A stretch of DNA of 63,468 nucleotides, counting the filler, from Sphacelaria rigidula (lineage: Eukaryota): the NCBI GenBank assembly GCA_964200075.2. It is 11 parts of 11 records of this genome, joined end to end, with 100 filler letters (N's around TTAATTAATTAA, not from the genome) between each part and the next. Parts side by side here need not be neighbours in the genome. Positions count along the whole stretch, not along the records: positions 34,677 to 40,355 come from CAXNAA020025311.1; positions 40,456 to 46,134 come from CAXNAA020025312.1; positions 46,235 to 51,912 come from CAXNAA020025313.1; positions 52,013 to 57,690 come from CAXNAA020025314.1; 7 more parts are not named here. One strand, 5' to 3'. The notes under the pieces were generated by a model. It ran no database searches. It saw nothing but the letters and a program-made list of their open reading frames with translations, and was not told the DNA's origin. Position 1 is the stretch's first letter, and every line of letters begins with the position of its first letter. Made by a program: the position numbers and the translations under genes. Of this stretch, positions 39,699 to 52,236 are shown piece by piece.

Positions 39699-40500
39699 CT
39701 GTACACGGGACGGTGTCGACATAGACCAAAGACGGATATTTTCGGGAATATCAGCGCGATGGAAGGAATGCGGGGGGGGAGGGACATACTGTGTGTACTG
39801 TGTGCTGTAGGGGTGGAGCGGAACAATACCGACAGTTTAGTGGGCACTTTGACATTGTCTTGAATGATTTCAACAAAGTGTCCCCCAACTCCTTGCCGAA
39901 ACTCCACGTTTGGACCGTAGTTAGCTTGAGTATACCACGAATATTCGGATACTTCTGGAGCTGACAGTTTCGAGTGCTCGCCAGCTCAAACTTTGCCGAC
40001 GGCACCTTCTGATCCCCCCTTGCCCGAGGGCTCTCCATCTTCGATGGGTTGGGGCTCGACAGAACCAACTTTTGTTCAACCATGAACTGTTGGGGGCGAG
40101 ATAGGAAAACGTGCCCCCATGATCTTGCATGGTCTGTTCTCGTGAAGTTATTCGGAATTCAGGGATACATCCGACATTCAAAGCCCCCCCCCCCCGCTCC
40201 GCCCCGGCTTTGTAGGGATGCGAGGTCAATGATCTCATGACTATGGCATGCATGATCACGAACACATGAGTACCCCCCCCCCCCCCCCGGGCGGGGCTCC
40301 CCAAACCGGTACAGCACATACAGCAACCGCCGACACGCCAGAACACCGGCGGGCGNNNNNNNNNNNNNNNNNNNNNNNNNNNNNNNNNNNNNNNNNNNNT
40401 TAATTAATTAANNNNNNNNNNNNNNNNNNNNNNNNNNNNNNNNNNNNNNNNNNNNTCTATTGTGTAGTATCAGATTTATACTTTCCCCAAGTAAAAATAA

Positions 40501-40922
40501 ACAATGGATTCTCGAAAATGGGGTTGACAAAAAAATGAGATTCAACTCAAAAGTCGTGCTTTCCCTGACCTAAATTCACGACAAAGGGTTTTCATATGGA
40601 CCACTCCATCCCTCCCGACCTCCCTAAAACTATTTCGAGGGATTTTTAGCCTTCCGCTACCCCAAAGGGTGTGTGCGAAAGCACGATTTTGGGGACAAAA
40701 AAACGTCCTTTTTTCACCCCGAAATCGACGCAAAAATGTGCTTTCGCACATACCCTTTAGGGGAACGGAAGGCTGTAAATCCCCCGAAATAGATTTAGGG
40801 AGGTCGAGAGGGATGGGGTGGCCCATATGAAAGTCATTTGTTATGAATTTAGGTCAGGGAAAGCACGACTCTTGAGTTGAAGTTCACTTTTTTCTTCAAC
40901 CCCATTTTCGAGAATCCACTGT
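40501..40922. mobile_element. Foldback/palindromic MITE with arms of about 190 bp
   Basis: ACAATGGATTCTCGAAAATGGGGTTGA at the left pairs with TCAACCCCATTTTCGAGAATCCACTGT at the right. Pairing continues inward to TGTGCGAAAGCAC / GTGCTTTCGCACA. Confidence 0.9.
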
Positions 40923-42305
40923 TACTGCGACTTTTCCTGGTACTCAACGATAGGAATACGTACCCAATACACCCATCAAGCCTTGTTCTTTGCATGTATA
41001 CTCCATGCCACAGTTTGCAGTTTTTTTAGCCGCGATACACGACACGACAAGCTTGTGCCAGTCTTGCCCTTCGCGGGGAGGATGAGCGTTTCGGATAAAA
41101 TAATCCAAAAATATGGTTTTGACATAAATTTCTCCCCCATGAGGAAAAGCAGCGCAGCGGAACATATACTGTTTTCCTTCTGATAAAAAAAAATCCAAAA
41201 AGACGGCTCCAACGTAAACTTCTCCCCCAGGAGAGAAAGCAGCGCAGTGGAACATGTGTTATTTTCCTTCTCTTGTTCAAATGCGATTTTCTTCCAAGGA
41301 GAAGAGAATTTGGCCCCAATTTCGCCGTGATGGGAAACACAAACAGAGGACCCTTTGTTTCCGTTATACTCTCGATCGAGCCCCCCCCCCCCCCCCCCGC
41401 CCTCCCTTCCCTCCTCGGGATAAGTTGGTAGTCTCAGGAGAACAGCTCATCACCGCCCGGTACGACAATAGTTTTCTGGGTGGGAAAAATTGCTTTCACT
41501 TGTAGCCCTGTTTCAACAGTTCAAATATTGCAGCGGAATCACGCGTAGTACAACACACCGGTACATTGGCTCCCGGCCCAAGTCATGCAGTACTACATTG
41601 TGACCTCACCAAGCTCCCATTACACAATAAGGGTTAGGAACAACGGTACTAGAGTAGTACAATAGTGTTGTCAAACGAACCAGGGGCTTACTTTTCGGAG
41701 TACATCTTCAAATACAAGGCACGCAGAGATTCAACAACAGTCCGCTGTGTTGACGCCAGAGTACCCCCCCTGTGAGGATCGAGGACCACCGAAACGTAGC
41801 GAGTAGACCGTCGCGTGGTACGATCGCTAGTGCGGCTGCCGTCTGTCCGAACAGCTTTGGTATTTGTCCATGACAGTACCTGGGGTTGTTGATTCGACCC
41901 TTGCTCTGCAGCCATTCCAATCCCCCTGTCTTTTTTTACTTCAATCTATTTTGGTAGCAGACGTTGGTGACCACGGGTTCGAGAGATCGGAGTACAGTGC
42001 GGACGCAATAATAAAGGTATCTCAAACTCGAGGTTCCTGGTATATTTCACAGTAATTTACAATCAAATATACCGGGAACCTCGAGATTGATATACCTCTT
42101 ATAATAATGATCGTGATAATCACGGTATTAAATTATGATATTACAAAATGATCCTACATGATGATGTCACATGGTGACGCTATATGATGTAACAAAAAAA
42201 CTGATAATAACGACGACGACGACGACGACGACGACAACAACGACAACAACAACAACAACATAATAATAATGTTTATTTTTTACCATACAAATACACCAAA
42301 TATAC

Positions 42306-43332
42306 CTTAAGGTTGATCTGGGCCAGTAGGTGTACCCGAATGAGCTGCCAAGACAATCCGAGAATGCTGGCTGGTCTACCGTCGATGATATCTTGAGCTC
42401 CGATGTTCACCACCTGGAGTCCTGCTGCCTCCGCCGCGGTGAGCGCGGCGTTGAGGTTTTCCGTCGCTTTGTACAGTCCCACCGGCTCGGACCCCGACGG
42501 AACATTTATCCTAGAATCGGCTGTGCCATGAGGTAGGCATGAAAATCACACACAAAAAAGGCAAGGTAACATACGGAAAATAAAAAGGACAAGAATATAT
42601 GAGCGTGTGAGTACAGAAGTTATGTACCCCAAAAAGTTGGGGAAAAAGGCGGGAAAGTATATGTATATATATATATTGCCGTATTTATGCAGAGTGATTT
42701 ATTTATTCATGTATATGGGTATATATATACTTTTCTGCACATGATGTTTGCATTTATTACCTTGAAAAACGAAAAAAAAATCCAGCGCTGAGAAATATAA
42801 TCAGTTTACTCGTCGGAAAATACGAATGACCATCTAGACGGCGAACGTACTTGCAACCTTTTCAGACTTCCTTCACGGTCCAACTTTGGCCAGTGAGCTC
42901 ATCGCAATTTCGAGGGCATAGCGGCGACAAAATGTTCGTCGAACGAGACAGCGACGAGGGGGGTGGGGTGTGCTCATGACCTTGCATGCCGTACTCATAT
43001 GACCGTTGACCTATAGAGGCCCACGAGAGATAAAGGTATTATTTCAGAAATCCAGAGCCATGAGAAGGCTGATGCAAGGAAATGGAGGAAAGAGATACAC
43101 AAAATAAAGACGAAGAGAGAGAGAAGACAACGAGATGACACCGACAGCGGCACAGTGAGCAGATGTATCATTCACCTATAGAGCCGGGGATCGCCAGGCA
43201 CACGAGTCGACACATGAGCACGCCGTCACTGAACTTGTCGAAAAAGTCCGCTCCCTTGGGATCCAGTGGCAGCAGATGCTGCAGGAACTTATCCCCCTCC
43301 AGATGGGCGTTGAGATGAGACGCAAACGCCTC
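42306..43332 (-). CDS. Fimbrin/plastin actin-bundling protein, first calponin-homology domain, partial, 2 exons
   Basis: Exons 43176-43332 and 42306-42520 join at phase 1. Product: EAFASHLNAHLEGDKFLQHLLPLDP..FFDKFSDGVLMCRLV..AIPGSIADSRIN...ATENLNAAL..A.AAGLQVVNIGAQDIIDGRPASILGLSWQLIRVHLLAQINLK. Confidence 0.93.
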
Positions 43333-43744
43333 CTGCATGGTATAGAACACCGAACGCCGCAGGAGAAAGGGGAAGGTAGAACGTGGGGAGGAGGGGACCG
43401 GAGGGGGAGGTGTGATTCGAACCCTGCTTCATTCAACTACTCTCGTACCTATTCCTTCTTCTGTAGAGTCTCTTGTAGAGAGGAGGGGGGAGCGAATGAG
43501 AGCTGCCACTTTGGAGTTCATAGACTGCAAAAGAGTAGAATAAGATAAAACAATGAGGTTCTTATCGCGATGGTTGGCGATGGTTGGTTCCTGGGTTTGG
43601 CTTCATTCCTGTGTGGCTTCGCGTGCCGAGTGGAAACGTTGAGCTCTGCCTCCAGCAGTATGAACGATCGCCTGCGGCACCGGAAATCGTGAGGTCAGCA
43701 GTATACATATAACAACGTTTTCGGGAGATAGAGAGTAGAGCGCT

Positions 43745-44010
43745 GATTGAGAGTGGCTTCGGTAGTTTGCCTTAACCTAGTCAATGTTTCCTTCCGTGTG
43801 TGCTTTTCTTTGCCTCTATCACTAGCGTGTGCTTACAGCTACACGTCGATATCCTGCTCAGGGATATCAACGGCCTCAGTGGCAAGCTACTGCAGAAAGC
43901 ATATCGGGCCTCGTGGAGGGGCATTTCGGAACTGAAACGATTCATTCACTAATCGACCGCTTTTTACTCTCAATCGCATCCTCTACTCTCAATCTCACGA
44001 AAACATTGTT
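43745..44010 (+). repeat. Copy of the dispersed repeat at 505-775
   Basis: Colinear, strongly similar sequence. Both copies even give the same spurious peptide (SLACAYSYTS..SGIS). Confidence 0.85.
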
Positions 44011-44530
44011 ATATTTATTTTGTATCGCGTCTGGGTGAATTTTCTGGGTCCTATATACATATATTCTTCTCAGGGTACTTCATTTTGGGTAGTTAGCCTG
44101 TGACCGCGGAAGACATCCGCATCAGATGCCCCGTGCAGAGTACTGGACATATATCGACCGTTTGTTTTCAATGTGAAAGCAACAACAGTTGACCCCCTCA
44201 AGTTACGGGGCTCATTGCGTAGGCGTGATATTTGGCTTGACCTCTGCAGACCTTTCAGTACCAGCTAGCTCGTTGTAGACAGTACGTATACCACAAGAGA
44301 AGATGACTCTCTTTTACCGTGCAGCACAATTTGAGACCGAATTTTTTTTGTCGACCAGTGTTTTTTTTTTGTCCAGAGGCGATTTTCGAAACCTCGGAGT
44401 CAAACGAATCGGAAAAGTGCGCTAAACTCCTGTCGATGGGACGATGCACTGTGTCCAAGATATGTCATGGGATTATTCCGTGTTTGGGGGCCAAAAAACT
44501 GTGTCAAAGGTCCCAGAGGTGGAAAAACAC

Positions 44531-45530
44531 CAAGGTTGAGTTTTGTAGAGTACGGTTTATTGTAACCCGGGGGTATTTCCCTCGGTGTTACCTGTACCCA
44601 AAATTCTGTGACTTGTGTGACACTTCCATACTGGTACCCGACAGTTCTGTACCTTCTAAAATACTTTCATACCCCTACACGATAGTTGAGTAAGTTTGGT
44701 AAGCCTCCGATACCCTAACCGGGAGCATGGGCATACCCTTATAAAATGCCCACAGCTTTCTGTGCAACCTCCATACCCTACCCGACATATTCTGCAACTT
44801 CTGTATGACTTTCATACCCATATCCGAGAGTTCTGTAACGTCGGTACAACGTTCATATCCTTTACCCGACAGTTCTGAAAGCCTCCCATACCATTACCCG
44901 GGGTTAGGGTATACCCTTGTATATATATATATATATATACCCGATACAGGTACGAGTACAGGTGTATACCCTGGGGAGGTATGGGTATAGATTCAATCCC
45001 GACACAATTTGACGACCTGAAGGTGTACCCCGAACCCCCTTTGAATCATACCTCCCTCGTTCACTCAATACTCAATACCGCATACCCACACAAAATCAAA
45101 ATCGTCAATTTCGTACACCGGCGGGCTACGGGGAACCGAGTGGAAACACGGAACATCAACGGCAATGCAGACGGTCAGGACGGATCACCCTCAGACTCGA
45201 GTGGTGGCTCGAGTGCCGGCGGTTCATCTGCGCCACAAGGGGGATAAAGTAGCAAGGTGCAGATCATCCACCTTGATGGTCATGTCGAAGGTTGCGTTCT
45301 TTGGGGTACGGTTTTTTGTACAACCGGGGTATTATCCCGGGTAAAACCGGTACCCGATATTTTTGTGAGTTGCGTATGACCTCCATACTGGTGCCCGACA
45401 TTTCTGTAAGTTCTACAAGACACCAACACCCCTACCCGATAGCTCCATGAGTTCTGTAAGACTTCTTTACCGGTACCCGACAGTTCTGTAACTTTTGTAC
45501 AAAAACCTCACTCTTACCCGGCGGGTACCG
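44531..45530 (-). mobile_element. hAT-like family element (44531-45287) with a second terminal copy abutting it (45288 to about 45530)
   Basis: Starts CAAGGTTGAGTTTTGTAGAGTACGGTTT, the reverse complement of the 9280 end. It has TACCCGACAGTTCTGT motifs, and a second AAGGTTGCGTTCTTTGGGGTACGGTTT end begins at about 45288. Confidence 0.75.
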
Positions 45531-46234
45531 CCAAGTTTCGGAAATTCTCCAAGCTTTTTATATCCTACGAGCTGGGTCAACTTGAAAGCTGCTAAAACTT
45601 GCTCACACCACAGCTTCCCCAGTTTCTCGAATAAACCCGATGTAAGCATATCACTGTGAAATGCAGACCCATCTGATGACAAAGGACTGCGTTGCTGATC
45701 GATTGGCGTCGTATTGCCGATGACGTTATTGTACTGCATAGAGTATAGGGTGGGTCTAATATCGTTGAGCGATAGCGTGTCGGTGTGTGTGTGTGTGTGT
45801 TTTAATGCGGCGGGTTCACGTCAGCAATCCCCCCGCACTGGGTATTAGTGGGGTGCAGCAGCGTCACGGAAAATGTTGAGGGGCACGGCCCAATTCGACT
45901 AGTCTTGAGCTGAAATTTTAGGAAGACCTTCTGCACCCAAGGAACTGATACTTCACGAGTCCAGCTGCGGATTCCCTTTTTTTCCTGGACTTGAGACATT
46001 ATCTAGTTTTTTTCCGGGAGATTTCGAATCCCCATAACTTCCTCATTTTTTATTTTCTTCTTTGCTGCTCCCGTGATCTTCTGTATTTCGATCATGAAGA
46101 GCTGCTGTCAAAATTTCAGCGTCCAACTCCTAATNNNNNNNNNNNNNNNNNNNNNNNNNNNNNNNNNNNNNNNNNNNNTTAATTAATTAANNNNNNNNNN
46201 NNNNNNNNNNNNNNNNNNNNNNNNNNNNNNNNNN

Positions 46235-47205
46235 CGACGACCAGAAGAGTGTGGCTCCCCTGTTGGTTGGCCCGAGAACCCGGAAGATCCAACGATGCAT
46301 ACAGGTCCCTTGTGTGCCGGACCTCACGAAGATCCAACGAACACGGGTGAACATCTTGCCGGCACACCAGCCCGAACGGCACCACGCGGGCGCGGCAGCG
46401 CTAGACCGTTGCCGGATCTGCAACTTGCCGCTCGGAAACGGAGATGGACACCGACCGGATTTCGGGTTAAAGCAAAAACGCGTGAATCCAACGCCGTAGA
46501 CTGTAGAATCAGCTCTCTTCCTCAATCAGAATGCGCACAGGGTAAACCGGGTTCGAAAATACAGCATACATGAACAACGGAATAGTCGACGTTTGACTGT
46601 GTACACGAGGCGGTGCATGCGACTGCACAGATCTGGCCCACGTCTGTGACCCTTCCATAATGTATCGATACTCAGAGCCGGTGAATCTCCTTTTCTGTGG
46701 GGGTGTGCCGAGGTGAACAAATTTGCTGTTAGGGGAATGATCGGCGCCAGCATAACACCATTCGTGGGGGGCATTGTCATTACTCCGGGGCGGTGTGGCG
46801 TGTTGACCTTTGCTGCTCATGATAATCTGAAGGTTTTCTGTACGTGTTGCTTGGGTTGTGGGTCTCACGGCTTCGGGTATTCCGAGTTGTGGTTGGAGGG
46901 CGCGTGTTTTGCGATTAGAGGAGGACAGCTGGTTGTACAGTCTGCGGCGTTGGATTCACGCGTTCTCGCTCCAACCCGAAATCCGGTCGGTGTCCATCTC
47001 CGTTTCCGAGCGGCAAGTTGCAGATCCGACAACGGTCTAGCGCTGCCGCCCCCGCGTGGTGCCGTTCGGGCTGGTGTGCCGGCAAATGTTCACCCGTGTT
47101 CGTTGGATCTTCGTGAGGTCCGGCACACAAGGGACCTGTATGCATCGTTGGATCTTCCGGGTTCTCGGGCCAACCAACAGGGGAGCCACACTCTTCTGGT
47201 CGTCG
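46235..47205. repeat. Long inverted repeat, arms about 290 bp, spacer about 385 bp
   Basis: 46235-46527 is the reverse complement of about 46913-47205. The outer part is nearly identical and the inner part is more diverged. The left arm is cut by the contig start. Confidence 0.96.
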
Positions 47206-48862
47206 TGTTTCGGCCTTTTTTGGCGGGGTGTAGGTTTACCGAAAATGGCTATGGTTGTGACTGCTCGGGGTAACTTGCGCTGAGACGGCGGTACGGTCAC
47301 CACTTCACAAAAAAGGGTCACCATTTGACAGAAAAGGGACAGCAGTAGAACAAAAAAGGGTAGATATTTTTTTCAGCAGAGGGCAGGGTGTACCCTTCTG
47401 TTTTGCTTACAAAAAAGGGTATTCTCCCAGGCTCTCATTTTCGGCGCGGTAGTTTAGCCCAGTAACACTTGTGAAAGTGAAAAAAAAATGGTAGGGTATA
47501 CTGCCCGGGGACCTTGGGCGTGGGGCTGAGGTGCTGGAACGTGTTTTCGAGGTGTTCAGCCAGCGTGCAGCGCCGCGCCCCAAAGCGAAAAAGGGGCTAC
47601 CCGTTTTTGCTCCAAAAGCACCAGGGTATACCCCCTTCTTGTATATTGCCCAAAAAATATGGCTTATCGGAGTAAATCTACCAAGTTTGCGAGCCGTTCC
47701 CAATAGAAGCACAGGTTTCGACGGCATGGCGGGCGGTGTTGCCACCGAATCTGCTGAGATCGTCGAGGGTGCGAAAACTTCCTCAGAGCGTCATTCCCCG
47801 TCATCAAGAATATTTCATTTCGAAATCTCAAAACGACCCGTAGTTAGTGCGACTTTGAACAGGGTTCTTATTGCTCAACAGTAGACAGCCGCAGCCACAT
47901 CTGTGGAAATACTCTCTCACCATATATTGATAGTCGAGTGTTTGACGGAAATACCGCAGGGTACTGAAAACTGCACTGCGCGGCACTGTGGAAGTGGTCC
48001 ATAGTTGGTTCAAATCCTTGGATAAGCTTGCGGTGTTGTGCTGTACGGAATGTGCACACCGCTTACTGCCTTCACAGCTGTTGCGCTTGAGATGCGCCCC
48101 TGTCGTTGGGATAGGGATGCATGTCTCAGCCGTCATAGGTTGTACGCGCTTTATGGTAGCGGTTGCTGCTAGAAGGGGTGTATCATCCTGTCTCTATAAA
48201 TGACTTAAACGTACTCTACACTGACTGTGAGATCACTGTTCTGCGCTTCAGTATGTGGCAGCGTGTGCCATTATATTCCCGACAATTAACTTGAGCAACC
48301 TCGGACTTTATCCTCATGTGCACAGTACGACACAATTTCTTGCGTGCGCAAATCATGGGGTAATCTTCAATTTCTACCGTGGGTAGCATATTGGGCGGTG
48401 CATGTGTGACTTGAAAGGTATCTAGCACGCACGCCGTGTGTCCTGCTAGTATTCATGAGGTGCTGCTGTGGCGCTCGAAGATGTCAATCTGTCAAACGCC
48501 AAAACAGGGCGAGTTCAGCCTCTTCCCAACAATCGAAGCACAAGAAGTTGTTTTTCGTGAATAGCTGTTGTACCAACGTCTGGGAAATTCGTTCGAAACT
48601 GTCACAAGACCTGGCGATGCTTGCGATTTTTTCTCTACGAGTGGCAGATTCTCGGCCGATTTCTGAGCATTTTTCGTGCGGGTTCCGATGTTCTCCGAAT
48701 GCCTAACACGTGAGGTTTGCAGTGAAGAAATGCTTTTCATTCTCTTCTGTTGTATGTGTACTTGTGCAGTGCCAAGGTCCCTCAAATCAGCGGTGTACCG
48801 CAGGTGGGCTATTTGATCTCTTTTCGTTTTGTTTTCCGTGGAAAACAAATGGTTTATGTTGA

Positions 48863-49122
48863 GAGTGATGCTGCGATAGGGTCTGCACTTTTGGGGGCCA
48901 AAACCGGCCTGAGAAAATTCAATATCTGAATGTCGCCTACTTGAATGCGACTACATGTGCCATATTCTGTCCAACCCGTGCGACATCGGCTCAATGGGTC
49001 ATGGATGCATGTCCCACCCTGAGGCTCTAAGAACTGTGGTGAGAGTCAAAGGTGATTCGACATGCCGAAATCCCGATTTCCTCTCAGGCCGCAAAAGCGC
49101 AGACCCTATCGCAGCATCACTC
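48863..49122. mobile_element. MITE with GAG-initiated TIRs and 4-bp TSD (Sola-like)
   Basis: TTGA|GAGTGATGCTGCGATAGGGTCTGCACTTTT ... AAAAGCGCAGACCCTATCGCAGCATCACTC|TTGA. The same TIR start occurs alone at about 30704-30722. Confidence 0.85.
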
Positions 49123-49679
49123 TTGAGCTGTATTTTTTTCGAGTCAAAATATCGATATCTGATGGTCAGTCGCGTCGAACCAATGTGTCAACCCAGTCCG
49201 AATATCCCAAGGAACACGCTTGGAAGCACATGTGATGAAATTGCACCAACTATATATCCTGACAGCATTCATGCTGAAAATGAAAGAGATAACTTTAGAA
49301 GATCGGACTAAGATGCTTCGATCGCCACACACGTAGCTGTCTGAATCGTAGTTAAGAGTATGTCATCATGCATTTTCCCAGTTCAAAGTGTGCATGAGTG
49401 TCTACGAATATTACGGAGGGAATGCTACGAGATGGGTCGGCCAAGAGTCGGGGGATTTGCCCCTACCGCCCCGTGCGGCTCATTTGCTCGGGTGTAGACT
49501 TACGGTTGACTCGTGATTTGCGAGGTACTCGCCGACACATTACAAGCAACCCCCGTTTTCTTTTTTCGGCGAGATATGACCAACTCAATCCTCCAAAAAA
49601 TAATTGCTGATCATATCTACAATGCAAACAAAGACGAGACTCGCACGCCAAATGTCGGCGAGTACCTTAAGAGGCGTAC

Positions 49680-50046
49680 GGTCGCCCCGGTGGCTCAGTT
49701 GGTAACCTCGGAACCTTTTGACGGTTGGGTCGTGGGTTCAAATCTCGCAGCGACCTGGGATTTATTTATCACACCATGCCCAATAGTGGAGAGCGACTAT
49801 GTCGTGGGTACACAAAATTCGACTTAATGGTCGACGAGGGAAAGGGACTGCTGAACCCCTCTCGCGATAAAAAGTAAAAGGCAAGCACCGCAGAAGGAAG
49901 ATGGAGTATTCAAAACAAACAGACAAAAAACAAACAAACGAACAAATTCCTGTGTTGACCTTCCTCCTGTGGTGACCCTGGCTGGTGCGCCCACATTCAC
50001 CGAAAGGTGTAGGCTGGCGTCCAGAATAGATGGGACGACAACATAC

Positions 50047-50099
<53 letters not shown>
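49680..50099 (+). mobile_element. Apparently full-length tRNA-derived SINE ending in (CA)n
   Basis: tRNA-like head 49681-49755 (GTCGC..GCGAC acceptor stem, A box TGGCTCAGTTGG, B box GGGTTCAAATC), then the shared core, an A-rich middle and a (CA)n tail at 50048-50099. Confidence 0.88.
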
Positions 50100-50101
<2 letters not shown>

Positions 50102-50392
50102 TTGCAAATCATACGTGAAACATTTCAGGTCTCGACCCGAAAATTAAGTCGCGCGCAGTGATAATTACGGGTATGCGCACCGAGATTGCTCTGCATACAA
50201 ACTTGCGCGCAACTTGAGTTTCGGGTCTAACTTCCGAACGACGATGAATCACGGGATGAAACCTTCACCGCTATTTCCTCCCCTCGGGAGTTGGACGCTC
50301 TGAAAAATGGGATTGTTTGAAATGATTGTCTTTTATTGAAAAATTTCAAAAGGATCGGCACAAATGGCTGATACAGAAAGTGGAAAAACGGA

Positions 50393-50577
50393 GACTCAAG
50401 GTTTGCCACACCGACAGGGAAAATCCCTGAGCTAGATGACTGCGCGTAACCGCCTTGACTAGCCGATTACAACGATATTCTCCATGACTCGAGGTTTGTC
50501 ACACGAACAAGGGGAATTCCTGAGCTGGATGACTTGCGCGTGACCGCCTTGACTAGCCGATTACAACGATATGCTCA
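50393..50577 (+). repeat. Tandem duplication of about 93 bp
   Basis: Two copies, each containing ACCGCCTTGACTAGCCGATTACAACGATAT. Confidence 0.9.
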
Positions 50578-52236
50578 ATTCGTCCTGTTCAGCGCCGTTC
50601 AAAATATATCATATGATGAAATTCAGATTTCTTGGTCGGCCCGGCTTGTACACGTAATATGTATGTACTTCGTATGTCTTTAAAAAGTAGCGTGCTCATT
50701 TCAAAGTCATCATTCTACCTGGTATCTAGGGAGAAACAATTCATAGCATTATTACTAATATCGTCATCGCACCATGTACAAATGGTACGTGTAGGCTACT
50801 ATACTGCAAATGTACACATCTTTCTAAGTTCACAGCTGGTGCTTTTGCACTCGATGCGCTTCTTGAGATGCTGCGTTTCGTCGCTTCAACAAACCACGAT
50901 ACTGTGATCGTACTGTGCCGAGGTTACGTTATATCCGCCACAGTCTCCGCTCACTATTTTGCGCTTTCGCAAAATATGTTTTTGAAGGCTGATCGAAGCT
51001 GTTCGAAATTTCCTCCGTTTTTGTGGCCCACTTAACTTTGGCGCTTTCATGAGTGACGTGTCGTGAGTTGTTCAACTTCACACGAGGAATGAACTAACCA
51101 AATACTAGATGAATGCACCATGCAAATGTTTCCCCGGAAAACGTCACGTGGCAGAATTTCTCAACACCGTTGGCACCGAACCTCCTGACGTGAACCCTAG
51201 GTGAACCATCTGCAGTATGAGATATTAGAACAGCGCTTTGGTGCTCCCTTTGATTATAGACCATTCCTTTTGAGTCCCATCTACGTCAACGTGTAGGTTT
51301 TCTGTCGTGATGTACTCACTCAAATGCTCCTGCACCATGCACTACTTGTAAATACTCCAGAAGCTTCGTGGTCGAAGGACAGAACAACTACACGAGTAAG
51401 GAATTGGCGACCACGGGGTGCACTGTATGCTGTCATCGTTCGGGTGCTCGCAAGCTGAGAGAAGTTGCTCGGCTGTGGCGTCGAGGTTACCGGTGTTAAA
51501 GATCAGCCTGTGATATTGTTCGAAATTTGGTGCCCACGGGGCTTATAACCAATAACGATGCGCGCACAGGATTGTTTTTTTGTGCTGTCGAACCGTTTTC
51601 ATTCCCGGTGCCGTAGTGTGCCCTACTACGCCGACATCCGCCCTCACGTGGACACCGTATGCCTTTGGTAGACCCGCAAACGCTCATACGGCCGGACGCG
51701 CCCTTGGCTTTGGTTGGGTGCAAGTGATACGACCGTACGTTGTGAGAGCCGTTCTCAGCGATGGGGAAGTTTTTTTTTCTCCCATCTTTGCATGTTTTGC
51801 AGGCACTTCTCCTTTTTTTTTTTCAATATTTTCACTTGGAAACATCCGCGACTTCCCCCCCCCCCCCCCCCCCCTCCCCCCTTCCCCCCCCCACCATAGC
51901 ACCGCTCTTGCCNNNNNNNNNNNNNNNNNNNNNNNNNNNNNNNNNNNNNNNNNNNNTTAATTAATTAANNNNNNNNNNNNNNNNNNNNNNNNNNNNNNNN
52001 NNNNNNNNNNNNCCTGGAGGGGGGCAAAATACCTGCAAAATACGGCCTTTTTCAGGCCGACTGGTTTTTCCTCGGCCGCTCATGCACGCGGGGTGGTGCG
52101 TGCAACAAAAAAAAAAGGACTTTAACAAAAAAAACTTCAAAGATTTTAAAAAAATGGTCGCCGGCGGCATCGGACACCGCTAAAGGTCTGTGTAAACATA
52201 TGTCCGTACTCGTTTGAAACGTACATTTTGCGCCAG

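Noticed and set aside
46251..47324. Mirror-image ORFs with near-identical peptides on both strands
   Set aside because: A consequence of the GC-rich inverted repeat, with no protein motif.
49681..49755. Functional tRNA gene
   Set aside because: The three copies differ in the anticodon region, the stems are imperfect, and all continue into the same non-tRNA core, which is SINE behaviour.
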